Source: Coniocarpon cinnabarinum
Lineage: Eukaryota
Assembly: GCA_051942205.1 (NCBI GenBank)
Contig: JAVECO010000184.1
Location: 1 to 44,800 of the forward strand
DNA: 44,800 nucleotides
Reading direction: 5' to 3'
The notes beneath the pieces are model-generated. The model was not told the DNA's origin. It did no database searches and worked only from the letters and a program-made list of their open reading frames with translations. The position numbers were made by a program, and so were the translations under genes. This document shows positions 22,401-31,118 of the stretch, in pieces (position 1 is the stretch's first letter; the number at the start of each line of letters is the position of its first letter).

Positions 22401-23991
22401 CGGCAGACCATCGAGAATGTGAAGCATCCGAGCCAAGTCGCGGAGCAAGGTGCTGGGGCGTGCCAATAAACAAGTGGATCAACGGCGTATTGGTTGGAGG
22501 CGTTCCAAGTGTTATTTTCCGATTAGGCTCAGGAGGAGAATTTGACGAATGGCAGGGGTAGGGACATTTGACGTTCTCGAGCAAGGCTCCATCAATGAAC
22601 AAAAATGCTTTCCCAGTGTTACCGGGACTCCGGCGTTGGTGAACTATTGCAATGTGATGCCATCGTCCTGCTGATAAGCCTGGGGATTTAAAGCGAATGC
22701 TTGGTCTGTCAGATTTCGCAGAAGTTTGCAGCACAATTCTTCGCGTATCTCGCTCAAGATACATTAGTATGAGTCGCTCTTGGGAATTGTCAAGAGCACC
22801 GAAAAGAATAGTGTGGCAATTTTCATCGTATTCGTCAATACGGAGCCACATGAGGACCGTATATCCTCCTGCACTTTCTTGAGGAGGGAACACGCTTCGA
22901 ATAGCCCCAAGATCAAGTGATGCATACCCATGTAAGGAAAGATCAAAAACGATGTGTGGAGGCTGCTGCGATTCCTGTGCAGCAATTTGTAAGAGTTCCG
23001 AAAAATCACGCTTGAGCAACGAGTTCTTGCAGATGGATAAGACCAAGTTAGACGACGTCAATCCTGCCATAAAGCACTGATTACGCAAGCGCTTGAGTAA
23101 TGCCTGTTCTCGCCCATCCAGGCGCTCTGCACGCATCTTGTCGAAAAATATTTGACCAGCGATTGCTTCTGTTAGATTTATTGAGTTCAGATGGCAATGC
23201 TCAGCAAGACGGATTAGCTGGCTAAGGATAGAAAGAGACAAATCTGACGACTCTGTTCCTTTACTGTCATGCTGACGATGCCCTGTTATTGCATTCCAAA
23301 GTTGCATGATGAAAGTGATCGCCTCTGGTACCCAAATAATATAGCCGCGCGAGCGTACTTTTGATTCTGTACGTGGTGTTAATATCTCAAGGTTGACCTC
23401 CCTGCGACGATCCAGAATATGACTATCGCCATTTTCGCGCAAAGCAAGAGCAAAAATAAGATCCAAAAGCTTCCATTGCCAGGCAAAATCATCGACGTGA
23501 ATCTCCTGGATCTTTCGATGAAAGGAGAGCAGGTGTGACTGCAAGACCACCCACCCGTCTGAGCCCCTGAACTGAGCAAATTGAATGAGGTTCGACCGAT
23601 GCTCTATCAGTGCTTCGGTGAGAATGGCAAAGACGAGCTTAAGAATCTCGAAGCATGCATGACGAGCATCAGATTCAGCCCACAGGAGAGGAAGTCTCTC
23701 TGTCAGATCTAGAAGGATGCCGAGACCATCAGCACGTCGGAAGTCATCTTTGACACGTCCGTAGCGATGAGAGCTGTCGATCAGCAACACATGAAGCTCA
23801 CGCAGCCAGTTGCACAGTTCTTCTGGACTCTGTACGGATTCATGTTGTTTGGAGACTTGGGTCCGCTCGGCGATTAAAATCAGCAAGCCGCGAACGCGAT
23901 CCACGGCTGTTGAAGAAGATGGGGACAAGGTCTCGTCGTCTGCCGGGTCTCGAGCTGCCAATGCGGATTCACGGATCGCAGTGTCGGCCAT
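16426..23991 (-). CDS. BPH1: Beige/BEACH-domain protein (ConA-like, PH-BEACH, WD40)
   Basis: 2521-codon ORF containing one 54-nt in-frame intron (21485-21432). BEACH motifs SNFHYLM, GRTFNDLTQYPVFPWV, FRDLSKPMG, FHYGTHYSS, VRELIPEFF, WIDLIFG, NFGQTP; C-terminal WD repeats. Confidence 0.95.
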   Translation of the reverse strand: MADTAIRESALAARDPADDETLSPSSSTAVDRVRGLLILIAERTQVSKQHESVQSPEELCNWLRELHVLLIDSSHRYGRVKDDFRRADGLGILLDLTERLPLLWAESDARHACFEILKLVFAILTEALIEHRSNLIQFAQFRGSDGWVVLQSHLLSFHRKIQEIHVDDFAWQWKLLDLIFALALRENGDSHILDRRREVNLEILTPRTESKVRSRGYIIWVPEAITFIMQLWNAITGHRQHDSKGTESSDLSLSILSQLIRLAEHCHLNSINLTEAIAGQIFFDKMRAERLDGREQALLKRLRNQCFMAGLTSSNLVLSICKNSLLKRDFSELLQIAAQESQQPPHIVFDLSLHGYASLDLGAIRSVFPPQESAGGYTVLMWLRIDEYDENCHTILFGALDNSQERLILMYLERDTRRIVLQTSAKSDRPSIRFKSPGLSAGRWHHIAIVHQRRSPGNTGKAFLFIDGALLENVKCPYPCHSSNSPPEPNRKITLGTPPTNTPLIHLFIGTPQHLAPRLGSDASHSRWSAASFQLVSRPLPEELVMVYKSLGPNYIGTFQDSLGSFQTYETSTELNIMNERLHQSLDEQSVIAKALKGRARSINSEENFYFNLIAAADLFHHTDLDVPGGAQSISLKMMQTVFTDLANSRNDQVDKKQAALIRASGGIRLTSVKPFSYHIWSICGGVSFAMTVLEMASSEESILQSVQLIFDLVKDNWKISEAFEREGGFPIMALLIRSKVLTQSGLAQVNEHEGHEATFRLKLLRLILHHVGHDTQNAALSVISNPLAYRALIVDSDIWRTAEGSSQSLYYQQYVDFIARSGYAAFNIRRLSRMSKFKATATTIQQDAKHDVGLVKRLMNALKSDQIQREGLYPMLETLKSLLLYLPSSEAFRATALYITFAVSTSARNAPKHLHITSHEQSPIQYTNPSSNTVLRPNEDSQNDRLPLFEVGLNVLNTFAKVLLEDKRGIHLRKFARTVTNRWLLYLLSCEHESIVGPTMQILARLLVLQGPSYVSKFQETSSDFKILAMKLRRWWFVRSIWECLFAVLFGVDPFHVLAHGNFESSRVYDTIMTKKHHTLYCPAIFSVMVGLFEVACSTKSASQTSTQRYREGSQERLAGSSSDTDSDSVQSVDLIVKVMKVMKNLYISVPAFSQYCAQPTFIQQMMRCIFAGVTGVNSTLSPGDEAVVKDIHSMESTLHSEATKSPQMEPAQDVDELRRLPSRYRSRRRRQSSFVLVPTKESIQALTESPNNSEGMPVDETNLVAHLKHDDFLIVAIDLLLRVLCSQVVDQKDFTGLGLFHKAPPSSSGLRASVNSYLICKTMVHLEQILKSSPDRFHNPKTLMNVVRYSLHAFDAYMEGWFVYGALDLIKFDLDFLRYWERPEVQAIKDVRLCNPSLRSMRATLGRTILFHVIKAPDSFEGLRRLSLVASMLDGTPILASPQRDQDEFCGPLLFAVLRLLPEADVAQSEHARRVLSTLLDMNIDDTLTFPVWSDSEKHVELLYDLQSAVSAGKDPFQSWLFEHMSEVQTLSLHAKDAVLMPFVAQAEHAAAASAESRSTKRKGRVEQWHLDDLTASHMWTEHQIAARNWSENIARSEGYKYARSIQDQHESHEYLRFNLEKLKAPLERLGLAPRQGTQQKWQLEECEGRDRMRLRLSPLDLAEEIGYEPKTTKTTRRKTQSISGGRQISNMGRARASLTGHAPATEPVTEKQSSVSQGNEEAASENYELVVDQKNEDEDDKNRKVMRSLQRGEQVTNAFNVARIVGLEAHEGLLIVGKSSLYLVDGLFQRADGEVVNVDEAPPEELDQYTRILSGHEVESSRLLKRQFEPTRHWPWSSILSFSKRHFLTRPVAIEVFFIDGRSYLLITSDEAHRNALYNDILQSASKIQEMPQVENEAAWRKDLLKNPSEGSSKLASILSPMVANPMTKKWIKGEVSNFHYLMWINSQAGRTFNDLTQYPVFPWVLADYTSEELDLSNPRSFRDLSKPMGCQTIERSESFKERYSSLAEMDEHSPPFHYGTHYSSAMIVTSFLIRLQPFTQSHVLLQGGSFDHANRLFHSIEQDWRSASREGLSDVRELIPEFFYLPDFLVNVNRYSFGYRQGDHESVDHVKLPPWAKGSPEIFIAKHREALESTYVSQNLHAWIDLIFGFKQRGEAAQEATNVFHYLSYPGAKDLDTIEDQHERAATIGIIHNFGQTPRQIFLRPHDRREQGSSRSVKLREGMRNLGRLRSPTHRVGGGVSALYFFRQLVAAGTSTCHCPPSYDLIADFGYRDHSLRVWNGDHQKQLGLREQLHDGAITAAVFADSSTLLTGGGDTTAAAWTVHTNGDSVELHLISTLFGHRAAVQTIAVSRAFSVVVSASHDGNVILWDLGRLEFIRSIDGGPHLGTVTISDSSGRILVSCGANVRLYTINGRILLDQRVCDVDETITAIAFYQQSTSAWFDSEVVITGHSHGVVKIWELIITAEGKWVLDPLNRLPTDRFIKGGETPAVTALLARESKVYAGDEMGWVYEWNAVK

Positions 23992-24697
23992 GCCGCCAGT
24001 ATTTGGCGGACTCAGGCAGGATTAAAAGGGGTCGTGTACAAAGAAACCACCACATCGCGACTGATGTGATGACCGTGCTTTGCAGAGCTGGTGAAAGACA
24101 GTGATTATCATGGGAAGCTTCACAGTCTCTCCACGCTTGCCGGTCGAAATTGGAGAAGGCACGACCAAGCCACCACGGCCGTCCGAGCAAGATGTAGAAA
24201 TGCCACACTTTGGGTTATGTAGGTAGTTTCTTGAGCCTGCCCAGTAGGTCAGGGTTTGTAACAGTCAGCTACATTTTGTCCAACAGTCAAATGCAGATGG
24301 GAGTAGGCCAAGCAAAGGCTACATCAAAGCGGCATCCGAACATCGATGCAAGCATGTCGCTGCCACTTTCGTGGTCGCTGTCTCAGCTGCAATTGAACCG
24401 CGGTGCACTTAAGTCCGACAAAAGCCGCTTAGGGTTGTGCGGGCCCTTAAAGACGCCTAGTCACGAGCCGGCAGGGTGGTGATGTCACGTGGGTCATGGG
24501 ATGATGCACGTGAGGCGTAGAGTTGCTGTGTGAACGCATCGGCTGACTTGCAAGCGCCTCTGCAGCCTGTCGACCTCGCTACCTATCTACCTGCCGCCAG
24601 CCATCCTCTTCTTCTTATCTCCTTCACCACCACCACTCCGTCTCTTGCTCTCCTCCCTTCGCTTCTCACTACTCTTCGACCTTCTGCTGCTCCCATC

Positions 24698-26187
24698 ATG
24701 AGGTCCTTAATAGCTCTGTTGCCCGCTGTGGCAGCTTCGCCGCTCGTCCTCCTCGGTGGCGCCGCGTCCGAGCAGCCAGCTCCAATCGTCTCCGCAGCCG
24801 ATGCGCAGCCCATCAAGGATTCCTACATGGTCGTTTTCAAAGACCATGTGAGCCATGAAGGTGCTGCTGCCCACCACAGTTGGGTGCAGGAGCTTCATTA
24901 CTCCTCAGAATCTAGCAGGGCCGAACTTCGAAAGCGGTCTCAGTTGCCTCTGTTAGATTCTCTCTACGAGGGTTTGAAGCACATCTATGATATCCCTGGC
25001 AGCTTTTTGGGATACTCGGGTCATTTCGACGAGGACACCATCCAAGAGATCAGGAGACACCCTGATGTATGACCTACCTCCTGCCGCTGAGTTTATGGCT
25101 GTTGCTAACCAACGTTATACAGGTTAAATACATTGAGCAAGATCAAGAAGTTCACACATTGGAGTACGACGAGCCATACCGAGACGCTGATGTCCTACAC
25201 AAAAGCCAAGACGGTGAGCTTCAAAGGAATTCACCTTGGGGTCTGGCTCGTATTTCGCACCGTGATGGCCTGAGCTTTGGCAACTTCAATAAGTACCTTT
25301 ACGCCGAGGATTGTGGCGAAGGTGTCGACGTCTACGTGATTGACACGGGCACCAACATTCACCATGTCGACTTTGGCGACCGTGCTAAATGGGAAAGGAC
25401 CGTCCCCCAAAACGACCCGGATGAGGACGGCAATGGTCACGGCACCCATTGCTCTGGCACTATTGCTGGTAAGAAGTACGGCGTTGCCAAGAAGGCCAAC
25501 ATTCGCGCCATCAAAGTGCTTCGCTCCAACGGGTCTGGCACCATGTCCGACGTGGTCAAGGGCGTTGAACACGCGGCCGAGGCTCACCTGAAGTCCATGA
25601 AAGACGCCAAAGACGGCAAGCGCAAGGGCTTCAAGGGCAGTGCTGCAAACATGAGCTTGGGTGGCGGCAAGTCACCTACTCTTGACGCCACTGTCAACGC
25701 TGCAGTTGACGCTGGTATCCACTTCGCTGTTGCCGCCGGAAACGACAACGCCAACTCCTGCAACTACTCTCCCGCTTCTGCTGAGAAGGCTGTCACCGTT
25801 GGTGCCACTAACCTTGCCGACGAGCGGGCTTACTTCTCCAACTACGGCAAGTGCAATGACATCTTCGCGCCCGGTGTCAATATTCTGTCCACTTGGATCG
25901 GCAGCGAATACGCTGTCAACACCATCTCAGGCACTTCCATGGCCTCTCCCCACATCGCCGGTCTCCTCGCCTACCTGCTTTCTCTGCAGCCATCCAAAGA
26001 ATCCAGCTTCGCCGTCGAGGATCTTCCACCGGCCACACTAAAATCGCACCTCACCTCCATCGCCACCCGCGGCGCTATCTCCGACGTCCCGTCCAACACT
26101 CAAAACCTCATGGCCTGGAACGGCGGTGGCAGCAACAATCTCACTGATATTGTAGGCAAGAGCAGTACTAGCGCTCGCGCTGTTTAG
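24698..26187 (+). CDS. PRB1: Vacuolar subtilisin-like serine protease (proteinase B / Alp2/PepC type)
   Basis: Exons 24698-25066 and 25123-26187. Signal peptide, I9 propeptide, catalytic triad motifs VIDTG, GHGTHCSGT, GTSMASPH; the KGFKGSAANMSLGGG insert is typical of the vacuolar subfamily. Confidence 0.95.
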
Positions 26188-27151
26188 GAGGACGTGCAGC
26201 AGCAGCAGAAGAAGCAACAGGAGGAGATGTTCCATCTCCAATTCACTATTGTGGGAACGCTGTGTCTGATCCCATTGTTATATATGCTTATGATTTGGCG
26301 GCTTATCGCTTGAAAGCAATCGTGCATACAAGGACGGCGTCTGAGTACCGTCGCTGGTACTTCTCTCTTCTGCTCTAAGCAGTCTTCAATCACTGTTTCC
26401 AATCCTGAAGCTCGCTGTCACTGGGATTCTACCCTCATGTCTCGTACCTCTTTGGGTAGATTGTACCTGATCGAAGTTCATGCGTTGGCCAGGCAAGATG
26501 CACTATTATCTTAGGCTCTTCCCCTTTTTTTCTCGAGTTGTTCGCGTGACATGGGCTCTTGCGAGACACGATCGGTTGGACACGTGCTGTTTCATGGCCT
26601 TGCCCTGATCGAGCACACTCGATAGCTGCTTCTTTTCAAGTAGTAAATAGTTTCGTACCTATCATTCAATCGGCTGAGAGTTCAGGCTACTCAGAAGCCA
26701 GGCTCCCCTTGAGCAGCATCAGGGATTCCATGTCGTCAGCTAAGTAGAGCTTTCATCTGACTCGTAGCACCGTCAAGCACCCATTAAACGGTCTCTGCGA
26801 GGACTCGAAGGCGCTGTCCTGCAGCTGTTTCTTCCTCACCACATGCAGCCTCTCTCTCGACTCGTTCGCGAGGAAAAACTTAGTGCCGGTCACTTGGGCT
26901 GTGACAGCTTAGTATTACCGGGCGCTCATTGCTCTCCGATCCCAGGTGTGATGTTACTTGTACCGGGCACTTGAAAAAGAGATTCTGTTTTAGTCGTTAG
27001 ACCTTCGCCTGGCGGCGTGTAGCCGTCGCTATGTTCCTACTGGTCCAAATGCTTGTTCTACCACTAGCATGCTGATCGAGCCTTGTGAAGCCTTCCTCAA
27101 CTTTCGCATAGGCCGGTTGGCCACTGTGTCTCGCAGCGTATACCTTTCCAT

Positions 27152-27940
27152 CTACCGTCCACCTAATAGCCTCCCTCCAAGCTTACTCACCTTCTTGACA
27201 GACCTACACGTTAGACTCGTCCTCTCCGCCCTTTGCGCAACGCCACTCTCAAATGCATCTCTATCCCCAAGCATCTCCCAATTCGCCACGGTCTCCCTTC
27301 CCAGACTTTCGTCGACCTCTGCCTCTGCGATACCATGCAGCGTCTCATCGTACGCTGAGCCGCGCGTGACCAGTAAGCTCCGTGGCTCCTGCAAAATACG
27401 CCAGCGTTTCGACTCACCATCATCACCGGAGTCGGTCATTGATGATGCCGTAGGAGATTTGGCGGTGAGATCGAGGACAGTGTGACCACCCAGACTCACA
27501 GTGGCAGTAATGGGATAGTAAGCATCCCCGTCTTCATGAGGCATGATACCCTCGCCAGGACGATAATTGTTAACAAGAACGTGATTCATCTCTACCTTGC
27601 CATCACGGGCTCCACGACTGTTCGCCACGCCGTCTTTGTTCTCTGTCCGCAGATCAAAGACATCGAGATCATCAAAAAACTGTTTCATTGGCTCCAAAAG
27701 CCAATCAGGCAGCTTGTCTTTCGAAAGCAGCACATTGTTAGCAGTCAATTGAGCTGGGTATACTTGTAGTCGACGTCGTGAGAGCTGCACCCATGGTTTG
27801 CTGTGGATCTTGGCAAGGAGGTGGGATTCTTGAGCGGGCGTGAGGAAATTGGGTACGTAGTGTATAGAGGTGGGAATTGAAGGGATGGTGAAGAGGTCTA
27901 GTGGGTGGGCGGTTCGATGGATTTCATCAGCCCCTTGCAT
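27152..27940 (-). CDS. ALKBH6-like 2OG-Fe(II) dioxygenase
   Basis: Intronless 262-aa ORF. YVPNFLT..QE, W.QLS.RRLQ, NHVLVN.Y.PG.GIMPHEDG (HxD), EPRSLL, LHGI, R..RTSLTCR match AlkB homologue 6. Confidence 0.88.
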   Translation of the reverse strand: MQGADEIHRTAHPLDLFTIPSIPTSIHYVPNFLTPAQESHLLAKIHSKPWVQLSRRRLQVYPAQLTANNVLLSKDKLPDWLLEPMKQFFDDLDVFDLRTENKDGVANSRGARDGKVEMNHVLVNNYRPGEGIMPHEDGDAYYPITATVSLGGHTVLDLTAKSPTASSMTDSGDDGESKRWRILQEPRSLLVTRGSAYDETLHGIAEAEVDESLGRETVANWEMLGDRDAFESGVAQRAERTSLTCRSVKKVSKLGGRLLGGR

Positions 27941-28235
27941 AGCACGCGAGCGTCTGGACTCTTTGTAGAACAGTTATTGTAACGGAGCAGTGAGGGAGGT
28001 GATTGTTGCTGCAAGGGAGTTGCTCACAGGCAATGAGCATGCGTGCAAGATCTTCACAGTCAGCGCTTACGATTTACTGGGTCTGTAGACCACGTGGGCT
28101 CTTATACGCTCTCACGCGGATCGACCCCTTTTTGCCACCACCTCAAATACTATTCACATTGTGTGTCCTCGTGAAATGGCAGAGAAGGTTAACGTTCAAT
28201 CGCTTGTCAATGCAGGAGTGCACAAATAACCATGT

Positions 28236-30573
28236 CTACGTCTCAATACTTCGCTGCGCCAGCAGTTCACGGAATTGCTTGCCCAACGCTTCGATCACAG
28301 GCTGGATGTCGACCCGGAGATCGTCCTGCTTTTTCTTCTCGTCACCCGACAAGCCCAGGGCGTCAAGTCTCTCCCTCGCATCTTCGAATACGTCTTCGTC
28401 CACTTCATTCTGTGCCTGTCTGGATTGCCCTTCGCCATCATGAGTCGAGTCTTCGGTGGCGTCATTACGCTGATCATCGTAGTCAGATTTAGCGGCAATA
28501 CTACTGCTCTCAGAATCCGTAGGCTGCAGGGTTTCGTCGGACTCAACAGTCGTTCCAGAGGCATTGACAACAGATTTAAAGCCCCCGCCACGAACATGCC
28601 CACCGGTGGCTTCGCCAGGCGTGATCCAAGTGGCGTCTAGAAGGTGCTGCCACCTTGCAAGATAGGCACCGGGGCCTGCTACGTCACCCTCGCCTTGCGT
28701 TTCCCGCTCATTCTTTTTGCCAGTCATCTTCGGTTCTGACTGTTTATGATGTAATCTGGTTGGCGCAGGACTGGAGGAACGAGAGCCAGGCGCAGACCCA
28801 GTCCCCTTTAAAACAGGATGGTTTGTCGTGGGCGACATTATAACGGTCCGAAGTCGCTCTCTTGAAGCGGCATGTAGTTTCACGAGATATTGTGAATGTG
28901 CGTCAAGAATGTTGACTAGTTGCTTTTGTTGCGATGTTTGCAAAGACTTCCACATGTCTTGCAGAGGTGTAGACAAGTCGCCTGCTCCTCCTATCGTCTC
29001 GTTGTCACTGCGTCGTCGGAATTGTGCCACAGCATGCTTGGCATAGTCCTGAAACCACTTGGTGACCTCTGGACCATTCTTTGCACACGCATGCATAAAC
29101 TTGTGGCTTGCGCGCATATGCTTTTTCAGAAGCTGAATGAAGTCGCCGACGGTCGGAATGTGCGCTTGAGCGCGCTTGTCAGGGTCGCTCGGAAGCTTTG
29201 AGAGCTTGATCATGTCACGAAGAAAGATTTCAAAATCATAGAGTGTCTCAGAGAGATCGACGGCGTTGTGGACCGATCGAATGACTGGTTCATAGGCGGA
29301 GACCATCTCACGCACCGCTTGCGTGAGGTGGTCGGGATTCGAGTGGCACAATATGCGGTTGAGCTGATCCCGATCACGGCCAGAGAGCTTCATCGTCAAA
29401 TACTCGAGCAGAAGAGCATGCGATTTTCGACTCATGTGGGTTGAGCTGCCGTTGTTCTTCAGGATGACATGGACAATGGATTCCGAATTTTGAAAACTCC
29501 GCTCACGTAGCGCTTCGTGCTCCGCTCGACTCTTGAATAGATAGTTCTTAACGGTGTGTAGTTGCGCTTTGGTTGGGGCGTCTTTGCTCTTCTCAATCTG
29601 ATTAACGCGATTCTTGAACTGCCTGATATCCCAATGAAGCACAGTTGACGTGATATTTTGCATTAGGTTCATGCCTTCGTCACTGCCCTGAGTAAAGCCC
29701 ATCCAATTCGTCACACTCGCCACGCTCATTTTCGCCAAAGTGACCTTCACCATGGCACTAATCATGCTGGCAACGTTTCCAATCTTCAATGTCTGCCGGA
29801 TCATGGTATACGGGAGTAATTTGTTGATGTGATCGATCAGCCCAAGTAACTGCTGGCCCTTCGGGCTCTTGATCAGAGTGTAGTGCATAAAGGAGGCAAG
29901 ACTATATCACGCTGCGCGTCAGTCAGTCATAAACGCCACCGCTGTGAGACACCTCTTGGAGTTTGAAAGGCATAGCGTACTTCACCAAAATGTACTCGTG
30001 GGCAGCCTGAACTTCGGGAGTATGATCCTCGATTTTGTCGGTCCTGGCCGTCTTTGCGAACATGTCGTCGAGTGCAGAGCCGTACACGGCTTGAAGCATG
30101 AGATCCTTGAAAGCGCGCTCCAAGTCTGCAGCATTGTTGAGATCATACTTCTTTTCGTCGGCCCACGAGGCAGGTGGAGGATCGAAGCCGCCAAAAACTC
30201 CGCGCACGGGATACTCGACAAGTGCACTTATAGCTGTCGCAAGCGTTTTCCTGATGCCGAGAGTGCCCTTGTCATAGCTCTCGCTGAGCTCCGCCTCCTC
30301 AAGCGTCTCAATCAGTGGGGCCACCTGGTCATTCCAAAAACTTTGGGGGACATTCTTCAGGCCGGGAAGAGGCACGAGGAATCTAGACACCAAAGTCTGG
30401 AGTGAGGGGTAATGTGAAGGTTCCTTGGAGGACTGACCGAAAGGAGGACCGTAATTTTCGAGTGCGCGTGGACTGCGGAAATCCTGAATTTCTGCGTAGA
30501 CTTCATCATGCGTGAGAATGTCATACAAGGCCTGGAGCTGAGGTTCCGTGAGAGGTGCTGTACTTGACGCCAT
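28236..30573 (-). CDS. PX-associated domain protein (PXB + DUF3818/PXC-like; Ypr097w-related)
   Basis: Exons 30573-29981 and 29901-28236 (79-nt intron; junction LVN|LASFMHY). Motifs LT..QLQALYDIL.H.E...EI..F, YGPPF, LSESYDKG..G.RK, LPY..IRQTLKIGN, NLMQ.I recalled as typical of this family. Confidence 0.75.
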
Positions 30574-31118
30574 CGTCACCGATACATATTGGGCAGCAAC
30601 GACAGGGTTCGTCGAAGCAAAATCCGCCCCTTGTTAAGTCATTAAGAACAGCTTGCAAAAGTGGATACGAAGCACGAAAACGTCTGACGTCCAGGCATAT
30701 TTGGTGATGACGTCGGGGGTCCGAATGTCTACCTAACACTCTCACGTATGCATGGATCGCGGGCGATATTTCAAACTACCTGCTCCTTGCTTGGGCTGCA
30801 GCGAGGAGCCTGCAACACGGTCGCCGATATCTGCGAAATTGAAGACAGCACGATTGGTACATGTGGCAATTAGTCCGCCCCACGCGTTGTGTTTACATTA
30901 CTAACGACAGCTCTTCCATTATTCGTACACTCGTAACACGTGACTCTCCATATACACTTCTCGCCGCTAACTCGCCTCTCTAATCTTTTTATGAATAACG
31001 CCATGCCAGTGATGAACCGCAGACTCGGATCGAAGCATTTATGGCTTCCACAATATCAATCATCGTGGCCCCTTGCTCCCTGACCCTGGCTGGTGGAGGA
31101 TTTAACCATCGGACGTCC

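Noticed and set aside
24429..24436. Telomere-like 8-mers (TTAGGGTT here; CCCTAACC at ~42395) as a telomerase RNA template
   Set aside because: Shorter than the usual 9-nt Pezizomycotina template, located in short divergent promoters with no room for a large RNA, and no pseudoknot or CR4/5 recognised.
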